Part shown: positions 15,601 to 30,412 of the stretch, piece after piece
How positions within the stretch are numbered: the first letter of the stretch is position 1
How the letters are laid out: each line of letters starts with the position of its first letter
Assembly (NCBI GenBank): GCA_964016885.1
Contig: OZ024744.1
Span: forward strand, 28,396,001 to 28,460,000
From: Eledone cirrhosa
Taxonomy: Eukaryota
DNA: 64,000 bases
Reading direction: 5' to 3'
Notes under the pieces: model-generated
What the model saw: only the letters and a program-made list of their open reading frames with translations
Database searches by the model: none
What the model was told of the DNA's origin: nothing
Made by a program: the position numbers and the translations under genes

Positions 15601-18600
15601 TTGTCACTGTTGCTGTTGTTGTTGCTGTCGGTGTTATAACTGTTATTAGTTAATGTTGTTGTTGTTGTTGTCGCTGTTATTACTGTTAATGTCATCGTTG
15701 TTGTTGTTGTCGCTATTATCACTGTTATTGTCACTGTTGTTGTTGTTGTCGCTGTTATCACTGTTATTGTCACAGTTGTTGTCGCTGTTATCACTGTTAT
15801 TGTCATTGTTGTTGTTGTTGTCGCTATTATCACTGTTATTGTCATTGTTGTTGTCGCTATTATCGCTGTTATTGTCACTGTTGTTGTTGGTCTCGCTGGT
15901 ATAACTGTTATTGTCACTGTTGTTGTTGTTGTTGCTGTTATAACTGTTCTTACACTGTTGTTGTTGTCGCTGTTATAAATGTTATTGTCATTGTTGTTGA
16001 TGTTGTAGCTGTTATCAATGTTATTGTCATTGTTGTTGTTGTTGTTCTCGCTGTTATCACTGTTATTGTCACTGTTGTTGTTGTTCTCGCTGTTATCACT
16101 CTTATTGTCACTATTGATGTTGTCGCCGTTATAACTGTTATTGTCACTGTTGTTGTTGTCGCTGTTTTAACTGTTATTGTCATTGTTGTTGTAGTCGCAG
16201 TTATCAATGTTATTGACACTGTTGTTGTTGTTGTTCTCGCTGTTATCACTGTTATTATCACTGTTGTTGTTGTTCTCGCTGCTATCATTGTTATTGTCAT
16301 TGTTGTTGTTGTTGTCGCTGTTATCACTGTTATTGTCATTGTTGTTGTTGTTGTTGTTGTCGCTGTTATCACTGTCATTGTCACTGTTGTTTTCGCTGTT
16401 ATCACTGTTATCGTCATCGTTGTTGTTGTTGTTGTTGTCGCTGTTATCACTGTTATTGTCACTGTTGTCGCTGTTATCACTGTTATTGTCACTGTTGTTG
16501 GTGTCGCTGTTATCACTGTTATTGTCACTGTTGTTCTTGTTGTCGCTGTTATAACTGTTATGGTTACTGTTGTTGTTGTTGTTCTCGCTGTTATCACTGT
16601 TATTGTCACTGTTGTTGTTGTCGCTGTCATCGCTGTTATTGTCATTGTTGTTGTTGTTGTCGCTGTTATCACTGTTATTGTCACTGATGTTGTTGTTCTC
16701 GCTGTTATCACTGTTATTGTCACTGTTGTTGTTGTTGTTGTTCTCGCTGTTATCACTGTTATTGTCATTGCTGTTGTTGTTGTCGCTGTTATCACTGTTA
16801 TTGTCACTGTTGTTGTTGTTCTCGCTGTTGTTGTCATTGCTGTTGTTGTTGTTGTTGTCGCTGTTATCAGTGTTATTTTCACTGTTGTTGTTGTTGTCGC
16901 TGTTATCACTGTTATTGTCATTGCTGTTGTTGTTGTTGTCGCTGTTATCACTGTTATTGTCATTGGTGTTGTTGTTGTTGTCGCTGTTATAACTGTTATT
17001 GTCATTGCTGTTGTTGTTGTCGCTGTTATCACTGTCATTGTCATTGCTGTTGATGTTGTTGTCGCTGTTATCACTGTTATTGTCATTGGTGTTGTTGTTG
17101 TTGTCGCTGTTATAACTGTTATTGTCATTGCTGTTGTTGTTGTTGTCGCTGTTATCACTGTTATTGTCACTGTTGTTGTTGTTATCGCTGTTATCACTGT
17201 TATTGTCACTGTTGTTGTTGTCACTGTTATAAATGTTATTGTCACTGTTGTTGTTGTTGTCGCTGTTATAACTGTTATTGTCACTGTCGTTTTTGTTGTC
17301 GCTCTTATCACTGTTATTGTCACTGTTGTCGTTGTTGTTGTCGCTGTTATAACTGTTATTGTCATTGTTTGTTTTACGCTGTTATAACTGTTATTGTCAC
17401 TGTTCTTATTGTTGTCGCTGTTATTGTCACTGTTGTTGTTTTGTTGTTGTTGTTGTCGCTGTTATCACTGTTATTGTTCTGTTGTTGTTTTTGTCGCTGT
17501 TATAACTGTTATTGCCATTGTTGTTGTTGTTGTTGTCTCTGTTATCACTGTTATTGTCACTGTTGTTGTTGTCGCTGTTATAACTGTTATTGTTATTGGT
17601 GTTGTTGTCGCTGTTATGAATGTTATTGTCATTATTATTGTTGTCGTTGTTATCACTGTTAATGTCATTGTTGTTGTTGTTTTTGTCGCTGTTATTACTG
17701 TTATTGTCACTGTGGTTGTTGTTGTTCTCGCTGTTATGACAGTTATTGTCACTGTTGTTGTTGTTGTTGTCGCTGTTATAACTGTTATTGTCAATATTGT
17801 CAATATTGTTGTTCTCGCTGCTATCCCTGTTATTGTTACTGTTGTTGTTGTTGTTCTCGCTGTTATCACAGTCATTGTCACTGTTGTTGTGTTGTTCTCG
17901 CTGTTATCACTGTTATTGTCACTGTTGTTGTTGTTGTCGCTGTTATATCTGTTATTGTCACTGTTGTTGTTGTTGTTGCTGTCGCTGTTATCACTGTTAT
18001 TGTCATTGTTGTTGTTGTTGTACTCGCTGTTATCACTGTTATTGTCACTGTTGTTGTCGATGTTATCACTGTTATTTTCATTGTCACTGTTATAACTGTT
18101 ATTGTCATTGTTGTTGTCGCTGTTATCACTGTTATTGTCATTGTTGTTGTTGTTGTCGCTGTTATCACTGTTATTGTCACTGTTGTTGTTGTTGTTGTCA
18201 CTGTTATTTATAAATGTTATTGTCACTGTTGTTGTTGTCGCTGTTATAACTGTTATTGTCACTGTTGTTGTTGTCGCTGTTATAACTGTTATTGTCACTG
18301 TTTTTGTTGTTGTCGCTGTTATAACTGTTATTGTCACTGTTGTTGTTGTGTTGTCGTTGTTATCACTGTTATTGTCACTGTTGTTGTTGTTGTCTCTGTT
18401 ATCACTGTTATTGTCACTGTTGTTGTCGCCGTTATCACTGTTATTGTCATTGTTGTTGTCGCTGTTATAACTGTTATTGTCATTGTTGTTGTTGTTGTTG
18501 TTGTTGTCGCTGTTATAACTGTTATTGTCATTGTTGTTGTCGCTGTTATCACTGTTATTGTCACTGTTGTTGTTGTTATCGCTGTTATCACTGTTATTGT

Positions 18601-21600
18601 CACTGTTGTTGTTGTCACTGTTATAAATGTTATTGTCACTGTTGTTGTTGTTGTCGCTGTTATAACTGTTATTGTCACTGTCGTTTTTGTTGTCGCTCTT
18701 ATCACTGTTATTGTCACTGTTGTTGTTGTTGTTGTCGCTGTTATAACTGTTATTGTCATTGTTGTTGTTGTCGCTGTTATAACTGTTATTGTCACTGTTG
18801 TTGTTGTCGCTGTTATTGTCACTGTCGTTGTTTTGTTGTTGTTGTTGTTGTTGTCGCTGTTATGACTGTTATTGTCATTATTGTTGTTGTCGTTGTTATC
18901 ACTGTTAATGTCATTGTTGTTGTTGTTTTTGTCGCTGTTATTACTGTTATTGTCACTGTGGTTGTTGTTGTTCTCGCTGTTATGACAGTTATTGTCACTG
19001 TTGTTGTTGTTGTTGTCGCTGTTATAACTGTTATTGTCACTGTTGTTGTTGTTGTAGCTTTTATCACTGTTATTGACACTGTTGTTATTGTTGTTGCTGT
19101 TATAACTGTTATTGCCACTGTTATTGTTGTCGATGTTATTGTCACTGTTGTTGTTTTGTTGTTGTTGTCGTCGCTGTTATAACTGTTATTGCCATTGTTG
19201 TTGTTGTTGTTGTCTCTGTTATCTCTGTTATTGTTACTGTTGTTGTTGTCGCTGTTGTAACTGATATTGTTATTGGTGTTGTTGTTGTCGCTGTAATAAC
19301 TGTTATTGTCATTATTCTTGTTGTCGCTGTTATCACTGTTATTGTCATTGTTGTTGTTGTTTTTGTCGCTGATATTACTGTTATTGTCACTGTGGTTGTT
19401 GTTCTCGCTGTTATCACAGTTATTGTCACTGTTGTTGTTGTTGTTGTTGTCGCTGTTATAACTGTTATTGTCACTGTTGTTGTTGTTCTTGTTGCTGTTA
19501 TAACTCTTATTGAGACTGTTGTTGTTGTTGTTGTCATTGTTATCACTGTTATTGTCACTATTGTTGTTGTCACTATTATTGTTCTTGTCGCTGTTACCAC
19601 TGTTATTTTCATTGTTGTTGTTGTTCTCTCTGTTATCACTGTTATTGTCACTGTTGTTGTGGTTCTCGCTGTTATAACTGTTATTGTGACTGTTGTTGTT
19701 GTCGCTGTTATAACTGTTATTGTCATTGTTGTTGTTGTCGCGGGTTATCACTGTTATTGACACTGTTGTTGTTGTTGTTCTCGCTGTTATCACTGTTATT
19801 GTCACTGTTGCTGTTGTTGTCGCTGTTATAACTGTTATTGTCACTGTTGTTGTTGCTGTTGTCGCTGTCATAACTCTTATTGTCACTGTTGTTGTTGTTG
19901 TCGTTGTTATCACTGTTATTGTCATTATTGTTGTTCTCGCTGTTATAACTGGTATTGACACTGTTGTTGTTGCTGTCGCTGTTATAACTGTTATTGTCTC
20001 TGTTGATGTTGTTGTTGTCGCTGTTATAACTGTTATTGTCACTGTTGTTGTTGTCGCTGTTATAACTCTTATTGTCACTGTTTTTGTTGTTGTTGTCGTT
20101 GTTACCACTGTTATTGTCATTATTGTTGTTGGCGCTGTTATCACTGTTATTGTCATTGTTGTTGTTGTTGTTGTTGTCGCTGTTATCACTGTTATTGTCC
20201 CTGTTGTTGTTGTCGCTGTTATAACTGTTATTGTCAATATTGCTTTTGTTGTTGTCGCTCTTATCACTCTTATTGTCATTGTTGTTGTTGTTCTCGCTGC
20301 TATCCCTGTTATTGTTACTGTTGTTGTTGTTCTCTCTGTTCTCACAGTTATTGTCACTGTTGTTGTGTTGTTCTCGCTGTTATCACTGTTATTGTCACTG
20401 TTGTTGTTGTTGTCGCTGTTATCACTGTTATTGTCATTGTTGTTGTTGTTGTACTCGCTGTTATCACTGTTATTGTCACTGTTGTTGTTGTCGCTGTTAT
20501 CACTGTTATCTTCATTGTTGTTTTTGTTGTCACTGTTATAATTGTTATTGTCATTGTTGTTGTCGCTGTTATCACTGTTATTGTCATTGTTGTTGTTGTT
20601 GTCGCTGTTATCACTGTTATTGTCACTGTTGTTGTTGTCCCTGTTATCACTGTTATTGTGACTGTTGTTGTTGTCACTGTTATTTATAAATGTTATTGTC
20701 ACTGTTGTTGTCGCTGTTATAACTGTTATTGTCACTGTTGTTGTTGTCGCTGTTATAACTGTTATTGTAACTGTTTTTGTTGTTGTCGCTGTTATAACTG
20801 TTATTGTCACTGTTGTTGTTGTTGTTGTTGTCGCTGTTATCACTGTTATTGTCACTGTTGTTGTTGTCGTTGTTATCACTGTTATTGTCATTGTTGTTGT
20901 CGCTGTTATAACTGTTATTGTCACTGTTGTCGTTGTCCCTGTTATAACTGTTATTGCCACTGTTGTTGTTGCTGTTGTCGCTGTCATAACTCTTATTGTC
21001 ACTGTTGTTATTGTTGTTGTCGTTGTTATCACTGTTATTGTCATTGTTGTTGTTGTCGCTGTTATAACTGTTATTGTCACTGTTGTCGTTGTCCCTGTTA
21101 TAACTGTTATTGTCACTGTTGTTGTTGCTGTTGTCGCTGTCATAACTCTTATTGTCACTGTTGTTGTTGTTGTCGTTGTTATCACTGTTATTGTAATTAT
21201 TGTTGTTCTCGCTGTTATCACTGGTATTGACACTGTTGTTGTTGTTGTCGCTGTTATAACTGTTATTGTCACTGTTGTTGTTGTTGTCGCTGTTATAACT
21301 GTTATTGTCATTGTTGTTGTTGTTGTCGCTGTTATCACTGTTATTGTCACTGTTGTTGTTGTCGCTGTTATAACTGTTATTGTCAATGTTGTTGTTGCTG
21401 TTGTCGCTGTTATAACTGTTATTGTCCCTGTTGATGTTGTTGTTGTCGCTGTTATAACTGTTATTGTCACTGTTGTTGTTGTCGCTGTTATAACTCTTAT
21501 TGTCACTGTTGTTGTTGTTGTTGTCGTTGTTATCACTGTTATTGTCATTATTGTTGTTGGCGCTGTTATCACTGTTATTGTCATTGTTGTTGTTGTTGTC

Positions 21601-24600
21601 GCTGTTATAACTGTTATTGTCCCTGTTGTTGTTGTCGCTGTTATAACTGTTATTGTCACTATTGCTTTTGTTGTTGTCGCTCTTATCACTCTTATTGTCA
21701 TTGTTGTTGTTGTTCTCGCTGCTATCCCTGTTATTGTTACTGTTGTTGTTGTTCTGGCTGTTATCACAGTTATTGTCACTGTTGTTGTGTTGTTGTTGCT
21801 GTTATAACTGTTATTACACTGTTGTTGTTGTTGTCGCTGTTATCAATGTTATTGTCATTGTTGTTGATGTTGTTCTCGCTGTTATCACTGTTATTGTCAC
21901 TGTTGTTGTTGTTGTTCTCGCTGTTATCACTCTTATTGTCACTATTTTTGTTGTCGCCGTTATAACTGTTATTGTCACTGTTGTTGTTGTCGCTGTTTTA
22001 ACTGTTATTGTCATTGTTGTTGTAGTCGCAGTTATCAATGTTATTGACACTGTTGTTGTTGTTGTTCTCGCTGTTATCACTGTTATTATCACTGTTGTTG
22101 TTGTTCTCGCTGCTATCATTGTTATTGTCATTGTTGTTGTTGTTGTTGTCGCTGTTATCACTGTTATTGTCATTGTTGTTGTTGTTGTTGTTGTCGCTGT
22201 TATCACTGTCATTGTCACTGTTGTTTTCGTTGTTATCACTGTTATCGTCATCGTTGTTGTTGTTCTCGCTGTTATCACTGTTATTGTCACTGTTGTTGGT
22301 GTCGCTGTTATCACTGTTATTGTCACTGTTGCTCTTGTTGTCGCTGTTATCACTGTTATTGTCACTGTTGTTGTTGTTGTCGCTGTTATCGCTGTTATTG
22401 TCATTGTTGTTGTTGTTGTTGTCGCTGTTATCACTGTTATTGTCACTGATGTTGTTGTTCTCGCTGTTATAACTGTTATTGTCACTGTCGTTTTTGTTGT
22501 CGCTCTTATCACTGTTATTGTCACTGTTGTTGTTGTTGTCGCTGTTATAACTGTTATTGTCATTGTTGTTGTTGTCGCTGTTATAACTGTTATTGTCACT
22601 GTTGTTGTCGCTGTTATTGTCACTGTTGTTGTTTTGTTGTTGTTGTTGTTGTCGCTGTTATCACTGTTATTGTTCTGTTGTTGTTGTTGTCGCTGTTATA
22701 ACTGTTATTGCCATTGTTGTTGTTGTTGTTGTCTCTGTTATCACTGTTATTGTCACTATTGTTGTTGTCGCTGTTATAACTTTTATTGTTATTGCTGTTG
22801 TTGTCGCTGTTATTTTCATTGTTGTTGTAGTCGCTGTTATCACTGTTAATGTCATTGTTGTTGTTGTTTTTGTCGCTGTTATTACTGTTATTGTCACTGT
22901 GGTTGTTGTTGTTCTCGCTGTTATCACAGTTATTGTCACTGTTGTTGTTGTTGTTGTCGCTGTTATAACTGTTATTGTCACTGTTGTTGTTGTTCTTGTC
23001 GCTGTTATAACTGTTATTGTCACTGTTGTTGTTGTAGCTTTTATCACTGTTATTGACACTGTTGTTATTGTTGTCGCTGTTATAACTGTTATTGTCACTG
23101 TTGTTGTTGTTGTCGCTGTTATTGTCACTGTTTTTTTGTTGTTGTTGTTGTTGTTGTCGCTGTTATAACTGTTATTGCCATTGTTGTTGTTGTTGTCTCT
23201 GTTATCACTGTTATTGTCATTGTTGTTGTTGTCGCTGTTATCACTGTTAATGTCATTGTTGTTGTTGTTTTTGTCGCTGTTATTACTGTTATTGTCACTG
23301 TGGTTGTTGTTGTTCTCGCTGTTATCACAGTTATTGTCACTGTTGTTGTTGTTGTTGTCGCTGTTATAACTGTTATTGTCACCGTTGTTGTTGTTCTTGT
23401 CGCTGTTATAACTGTTATTGTCACTTTTGTTGTTGTTGTAGCTTTTATCACTGTTATTGACACTTGTTATTGTTGTCGCTGTTATAACTGTTATTGTCAC
23501 TGTTGTTGTTGTTGTCGCTGTTATTGTCACTGTTGTTGTTTTGTTGTTGTTGTTGTTGTCGCTGTTATAACTGTTATTGCCATTGTTTTTGTTGTTGTTG
23601 TTGTCTCTGTTATGACTGTTATTGTCATTGTTGTTGTTGTCGCTGTTATCACTGTTTATGTCATTGTTGTTGTTGTTTTTGTCGCTGTTATTACTGTTAT
23701 TGTCACTGTGGTTGTTGTTGTTCTCGCTGTTATCACAGTTATTGTCACTGTTGTTGTTGTTGTTGTCGCTGTTATAACTGTTATTGTCATTGTTGTTGTT
23801 GTCACTGTTATTGTCACTGTTGTTGTTGTTCTTGTCGCTGTTATAACTGTTATTGTCACTGTTAATGTTGTTGTAGCTTTTATCACTGTTATTGACACTG
23901 TTGTTATTGTTGTCGCTGTTATAACTGTTATTGTCACTGTTGTTGTTGTTGTCGCTGTTATTGTCACTGTTGTTGTTTTGTTGTTGTTGTCGCTGTTATA
24001 ACTGTTATTGCCATTGTTGTTGTTGTTGTTGTCTCTGTTATCACTGTTATTGTCACTGTTGTTGTTGTCGCTGTTATAACTGATATTGTTATTGGTGTTG
24101 TTGTTGTCGCTGTTATAACTGTTATTGTCATTGTTGTTGTTGTCGCTGTTATCACTGTTATTTTCATTGTTGTTGTTGTTTTTGTCGCTGTTATTACTGT
24201 TATTGTCACTGTGGTTGTTGTTCTCGCTGTTATCACTGTTATTGACACTGTTGTTGTTGTCGCTGTTATCACTGTTATTGTCACTGGTGTTGTTGTTGGT
24301 GCTGTTATCGTCACTGTTGTTGTTTTGTTGTTGTTGTTGTCGTTGTTGTTGTTGTTATCACTGTTATTGTCACTGGTGTTGTTGTTGGCGGTGTTATCGT
24401 CACTGTTGTTGTTTTGTTGTTGTTGTTGTCGTTGTTGTTGTTGTTATCACTGTTATTGTCACTGTTGTCTTTGTTGTTGTTGTCGTTGTCATCACTGTTA
24501 TTGTCGCTGTTGTTGTTGTTGTTGTCGCTGTTATTTTCATTGTTGATGTTTTGTTGTTGTTGTTGTTGTCGTCGTTGTCATCACTGTTATTGTCACTGTT

Positions 24601-27600
24601 GTTGGTGTCGCTGTTATCACTGTTATTGTCACTGTTGTTCTTGTTGTCGCTGTTATAACTGTTATGGTTACTGTTGTTGTTGTTCTCGCTGTTATCACTG
24701 TTATTGTCACTGTTTTTGTTGTCGCTGTTATCGCTGTTATTGTCATTGTTGTTGTTGTTGTTGTCGCTGTTATCACTGTTATTGTCACTGATGTTGTTGT
24801 TCTCGCTGTTATCACTGTTATTGTCACTGTTGTTGTTTTTGTTGTTCTCGCTGTTATCACTGTTATTGTCATTGCTCTTGTTGTTGTCGCTGTTATCACT
24901 GTTATTGTCACTGTTGTTGTTGTTCTCGCTGTTATTGTCATTGCTGTTGTTGTTGTTGTTGTCGCTGTTATCACTGTTATTGTCACTGTTGTTGTTGTTG
25001 TCGCTGTTATCACTGTTATTGTCATTGCTGTTGTTGTTGTTGTCGCTGTTATCACTGTTATTGTCATTGGTGTTGTTGTTGTTGTCGCTGTTATAACTGT
25101 TATTGTCATTGCTGTTGTTGTTGTTGTCGCTGTTATCACTGTTATTGTCATTGCTGTTGTTGTCGCTGTTATCACTGTTACTGTCACTGTTCTTGTTGTC
25201 GCTGTTATCAGTGTTATTGTCACTGTTGTTATTCTCGCTGTTATCACTGCCATTGTCATTGTTGTTGTTGTTGTCGCTGTTATCACTGTTCTTGTCCCTG
25301 TTGTTGTTGTCGCTGTTATAACTGTTATTGTCACTGTTGTTGTTGTTGTTCTCGGTGTTATCACTGTTATTGTCACTGTTGTTGTGTTGTTGTCGCTGTT
25401 ATAACTGTTATTGTCAAAGCTGTTGTTGTCGCTGTTATAACTGTTATTGTCACTGTTATTGTTGTAGTCGCTCTTACCACTGTTATTGTCTTTGTTGTTG
25501 TTGTTGATGTTGTCGCTGTTATAACTGTTATTGTCATTGTTGTTGTTGTCGCTGTTATCACTTATATTGTCATTGTTGGTGTTGTTGTCGCTGTTATAAC
25601 TGTTATTGTCACTGATGTTGTTGTTGTAGCTGTTATAACTGTTATTGTCAAAGTTGTTGTTGTTGTCTCTGTTATCACTGTTATTGTCACTGTTGTTGTT
25701 GTCGCTGTTATCACTGTTATTGTCACTGGTGTTGTTGTTGTCGCTGTTTGTGTCACTCTTGTTGTTTTGTTGTTGTTGTCGTCGTTGTCATCACTGTTAT
25801 TGTCGTTGTTGTTGTTGTTGTTGTCGTTGTTATCATGCTTATTGTCACTGTTGTTGTTGTTGTGGTTGTTGTTGTTCTTATCACTGTTATTGTCACTGTT
25901 GTCTTTGTTGTTGTCGTTGTCATGACTGTTATTGTCGCTGTTGTTGTTGTTGTCGCTGTTATTGTCACTGTTGTTGTTTTGTTGTTGTTGTTGTCGTCTT
26001 TGTCATCACTGTTATCGTCGCTGTTGTTGTCGTTGTTGTCCTTGTTATCATGGTTATTGTCACTGTTGTTGTCGCTGTTATCACTGTTATTGTCACTGTT
26101 GTTGTTGTCGCGTTTATAACTGTTATTGTCACTGTTGTTGTTGTTGTCATTGTTATCACTGTTATTGTCACTATTGTTGTTGTCACTGTTATTGTTCTTG
26201 TCGCTGTTACCACTGTTATTTTCATTGTTGTTGTTGTTGTTCTCTCTGTTATCACTGTTATTGTCACTGTTGTTGTGGTTCTCGCTGTTATAACTGTTAT
26301 TGTGACTGTTGTTGTTGTCGCTGTTATAACTGTTATTGTCATTGTTGTTGTTGTCGCTGTTAACACTGTTATTGACACTGTTGTTGTTGTTCTCGCTGTT
26401 ATCACTGTTATTGCCACTGTTGTTGTTGTTGTCGCTGTTATAACTGTTATTGTCACTGTTTTTGTTGCTGTTGTCGCTGTCATAACTCTTATTGTCACTG
26501 TTGTTGTTGTTGTTGTTGTTGTTGTCGTTGTTATCACTGTTATTGTCATTATTGTTGTTCTCGCTGTTATCACTGGTATTGACACTGTTGTTGTTGTTGT
26601 CGCTGTTATAACTGTTATTGTCTCTGTTGATGTTGTTGTTGTCGCTGTTATAACTGTTATTGTCACTGTTGCTGTCGCTGTTATAACTCTTATTGTCACT
26701 GTTTTTGTTGTTGTTGTCGTTGTTATCACTGTTATTGTCATTATTGTTGTTGGCGCTGTTATCACTGTTATTGTCATTGTTGTTGTTGTTGTTGTCGCTG
26801 TTATCACTGTTATTGTCCCTGTTGTCGTTGTCGCTGTTATAACTGTTATTGTCAATATTGCTTTTGTTGTTGTCGCTCTTATCACTCTTATTGTCATTGT
26901 TGTTGTTGTTCTCGCTGCTATCCCTGTTATTGTCATTGTTGTTGTTGTTGTTCTCGCTGTTATCACAGTTATTGTCACTGTTGTTGTGTTGTTCTCGCTG
27001 TTATCACTGTTATTGTCACTGTTGTTGTTGTTGTTGTCGCTGTTATATCTGTTATTGTCACTGTTGTTGTTGCTGTCGCTGTTATCACTGTTATTGTCAT
27101 TGTTGTTGTTGTTGTACTCGCTGTTATCACTGTTATTGTCACTGTTGTTGTTGTCGTTGTTATCACTGTTATTTTCATTGTTGTTTTTGTTGTCACTGTT
27201 ATAACTGTTATTTTCATTGTTGTTGTCGCTGTTATCACTGTTATTGTCATTGTTGTTGTTGTTGTCGCTGTTATCACTGTTATTGTCACTGTTGTTGTTG
27301 TTGTCCCTTTTATCACTGTTATTGTCACTGTTGTTGTTGTTGTCACTGTTATTTATAAATGTTATTGTCACTGTTGTTGTTGTCGCTGTTATAACTGTTA
27401 TTGTCACTGTTGTTGTTGTCGCTGTTATAACTGTTATTGTCACTGTTTTTGTTGTTGTCGCTGTTATAACTGTTATTGTCACTGTTGTTGTTGTTGTTGT
27501 CGCTGTTATCACTGTTATTGTCACTGTTGTTGTTGTCGTTGTTATCAGTGTTATTGTCATTGTTGTTGTTGTCGCTGTTATAACTGTTATTGTCACTGTT

Positions 27601-29560
27601 GTTGTTGTCCCTGTTATAACTGTTATTGTCACTGTTGTTGTTGCTGTTGTAGCTGTCATAACTCTTATTGTCACTGTTGTTGTTGTTGTTGTTGTCGTTA
27701 TTGTCACTGTTATTGCCATTATTGTTGTTCTCGCTGTTATCACTGGTATTGACACTGATGTTGTTGTTGTCGCTGTTATAACTGTTATTGTCACTGTTGT
27801 TGTTGTGGTTCTCGCTGTTATAACTGTTATTGTGACTGTTGTTGTTGTCGCTGTTATAACTGTTATTGTCATTGTTGTTGTTGCTGTCGCTGTTATCACT
27901 GTTATTGTCATTGTTGTTGTTGTTGTCGCTGTTATCACTGTTATTGTCCCTGTTGTTGTTGTCGCTGTTATAACTGTTATTGTCACTGTTGTTGTTGCTG
28001 TTGTCGCTGTCATAACTCTTATTGTCACTGTTGTTGTTGTTGTTGTTGTCGTTGTTATCACTGTTATTGTCATTATCGTTGTTCTCGCTGTTATCGCTGG
28101 TATTGACACTGTTGTTGTTGTTGTCGCTGTTATAACTGTTATTGTCTCTGTTGATGTTGTTGTTGTCGCTGTTATAACTGTTATTTTCACTGTTGTTGTT
28201 GTTGTCGCTGTTATAACTCTTATTGTCACTGTTGTTGTTGTTGTTGTTGTCGTTGTTATCACTGTTATTGTCATTATTGTTGTTGGCGCTGTTATCACTG
28301 TTATTGTCATTGTTGTTGTTGTTGTCGCTGTTATCACTGTTATTGTCCCTGTTGTTGTTGTCGCTGTTATAACTGTTATTGTCACTATTGCTTTTGTTGT
28401 TGTCGCTCTTATCACTCTTATTGTCATTGTTGTTGTTGTTCTCGCTGCTATCCCTGTTATTGTTACTGTTGTTGTTGTTGTTCTCGCTGTTATCACAGTT
28501 ATTGTCACTGTTGTTGTGTTGTTCTCGCTGTTATCACTGTTATTGTCACTGTTGTTGTTGTCGCTGTTATATCTGTTATTGTGACTGTTCTTGTTGTTGC
28601 TGTCGCTGTTATCACTGTCATTGTCATTGTTGTTGTTGTTGTACTCGCTGTTATCACTGTTATTGTCACTGTTGTTGTCGATGTTATCACTGTTATTTTC
28701 ATTGTTGTTGTTGTTGTCGCTGTTATCACTGTTATTGTCATTGTTGTTGTTGTTGTCACTGTTATCACTGTTATTGTCACTGTTGTTGTTGTCCCTGTTA
28801 TCACTGTTATTGTCACTGTTGTTGTTGTTGTCACTGTTATTTATAAATGTTATTGTCACTGTTGTTGTTGTCGCTGTTATAACTGTTATTGTCACTGTTG
28901 TTTTTGTCGCTGTTATAACTGTTATTGTCACTGTTGTTGTTGTTGTCGCTGTTATCACTGTTATTGACACTGTTGTTGTTGTTGTCGCTGTTATCACTGT
29001 TATTGTCACTGGTGTTGTTGTTGGCGCTGTTATCGTCACCTGTTGTTGTTTTGTTGTTGTTGTTGTCGTCGTTGTCATCACTGTTATTGTCACTGTTGTT
29101 GTTGTTGTTGTCGTTGTTATCATGCTTATTGTCACTGTTGTTGTTGTTATCACTGTTATTGTCACTGTTGTCTTTGTTGTTGTTGTTTTCGTTGTCATCA
29201 CTGTTATTGTCGCTGTTGTTGATGTTGTTGTTGTCGCTGTTATTGTCACTGTTGATGTTTTGTTGTTGTTGTTGTCGTCGTTGTCATCACTGTTATTGTC
29301 GCTGTTGTTGTCGTTGTTGTCGTTGTTATCATGGTTATTGTCACTGTTGTTGTTGTTGTTATCACTGTTATAGTCACTCTTGTTGTTATCGTTGTTATCA
29401 CTGTTATTGTCACTGATGTTGTTTTCGTTGTTATCACTGTTATTGTCACTGTTGTTGTTGTCGTTGTTATCACTGTTATTGTCACTGTTGTTGTTGTTGT
29501 TATCACTGTTATTGTCACTGTTGTTGTTGTCGTTGTTATCAATGTTATTGTTACCTTCGT
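1..29560. repeat. Giant (GTT)n-derived satellite array; core GTCGCTGTTATMACTGTTATTGTCAYT followed by (GTT)~2-8; continues beyond the window start
   Basis: Unit visible continuously for ~29.5 kb. Diagnostic variant units recur in the same order at kb distances (e.g. GATGTTATACCT at ~530, ~9315, ~11712, ~15234; ATTTATAAATG at ~4906, ~18206, ~20682, ~27351, ~28839). Confidence 0.97.
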
Positions 29561-29632
29561 TGATGTTTTTTTTGTTTTCTTTTGTTAAACACAATAAAAA
29601 AAATTGGATACTTCAAACTAGTCTTGTGATCT

Positions 29633-29754
29633 ACTTGTTGTTGTTATTATTGTTATTGTTGTTGTGCTGTTGTTGTTGCTGTTATTGTTGTGTTGTTGTG
29701 TTGTTGTGTTTTTGTTGTTTTTATTGTTATTGCTGTTGTTGCTGTTGTTGTGTT

Positions 29755-29808
<54 letters not shown>

Positions 29809-29985
29809 ACCGTTCGTAAAGATTCTAATGGTGTTGTTAGTTTTCTTATTGTTACTGTTGTTATCGTCGTTGTTGTTGCAGTTGTTGTTGTTATCGGTGT
29901 TATTATTGTTATTGCTGCTGTTGTTATTGTTGTTGCTTTTGCTGCTGTTGTTGTTATTGCTGTTGTTGTTGCTGCTGTTGTTGCT
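29633..29985. repeat. Degenerate (GTT)n microsatellite at the satellite edge
   Basis: Pure GTT run at ~29758-29808 inside degenerate GTT/GCT/ATT triplets, lacking the 27-nt core. Confidence 0.9.
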
Positions 29986-30221
29986 GAGGCTGTGAACTGC
30001 CAATATTTCGTCCAAATCTAACCGAAACGATAAAAGATCATTATCTCATTGATCATTGAATCAAGAGAGAATGTTGAAAGATTGTCTACATAGAATTGGT
30101 TAGCAGATAGAGAGTTATACCAGGGATGGATGAAATATGGAAACATCGAATAGGTGTAAACAAATAAAAAAATATATAGAGAGAAAGAAAGATATGTAGA
30201 AAGAAAGAAAATAAGAAACAA

Positions 30222-30228
30222 AGTAAAA

Positions 30229-30276
<48 letters not shown>

Positions 30277-30330
30277 AATAGAGAAAGACAGAAAGAAAAA
30301 CTGAAAGTTAGAATGAAAAAAGAAAGAATG

Positions 30331-30410
<80 letters not shown>
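30222..30410. repeat. (GAAA)n and (GA)n microsatellites
   Basis: Seen directly. Confidence 0.95.

Positions 30411-30412
<2 letters not shown>

Noticed and set aside
1-29594. Long ORFs (up to 1306 aa) resembling Val-rich membrane, Thr-rich mucin/ice-binding, Asn-Asp-Ser-rich or Cys-rich proteins
   Set aside because: Open frames follow automatically from the GTT/AAC triplet composition. ORFs switch between peptide types at recurrent 1-2 nt indels that were copied with the blocks, and there is no unique N- or C-terminal domain.
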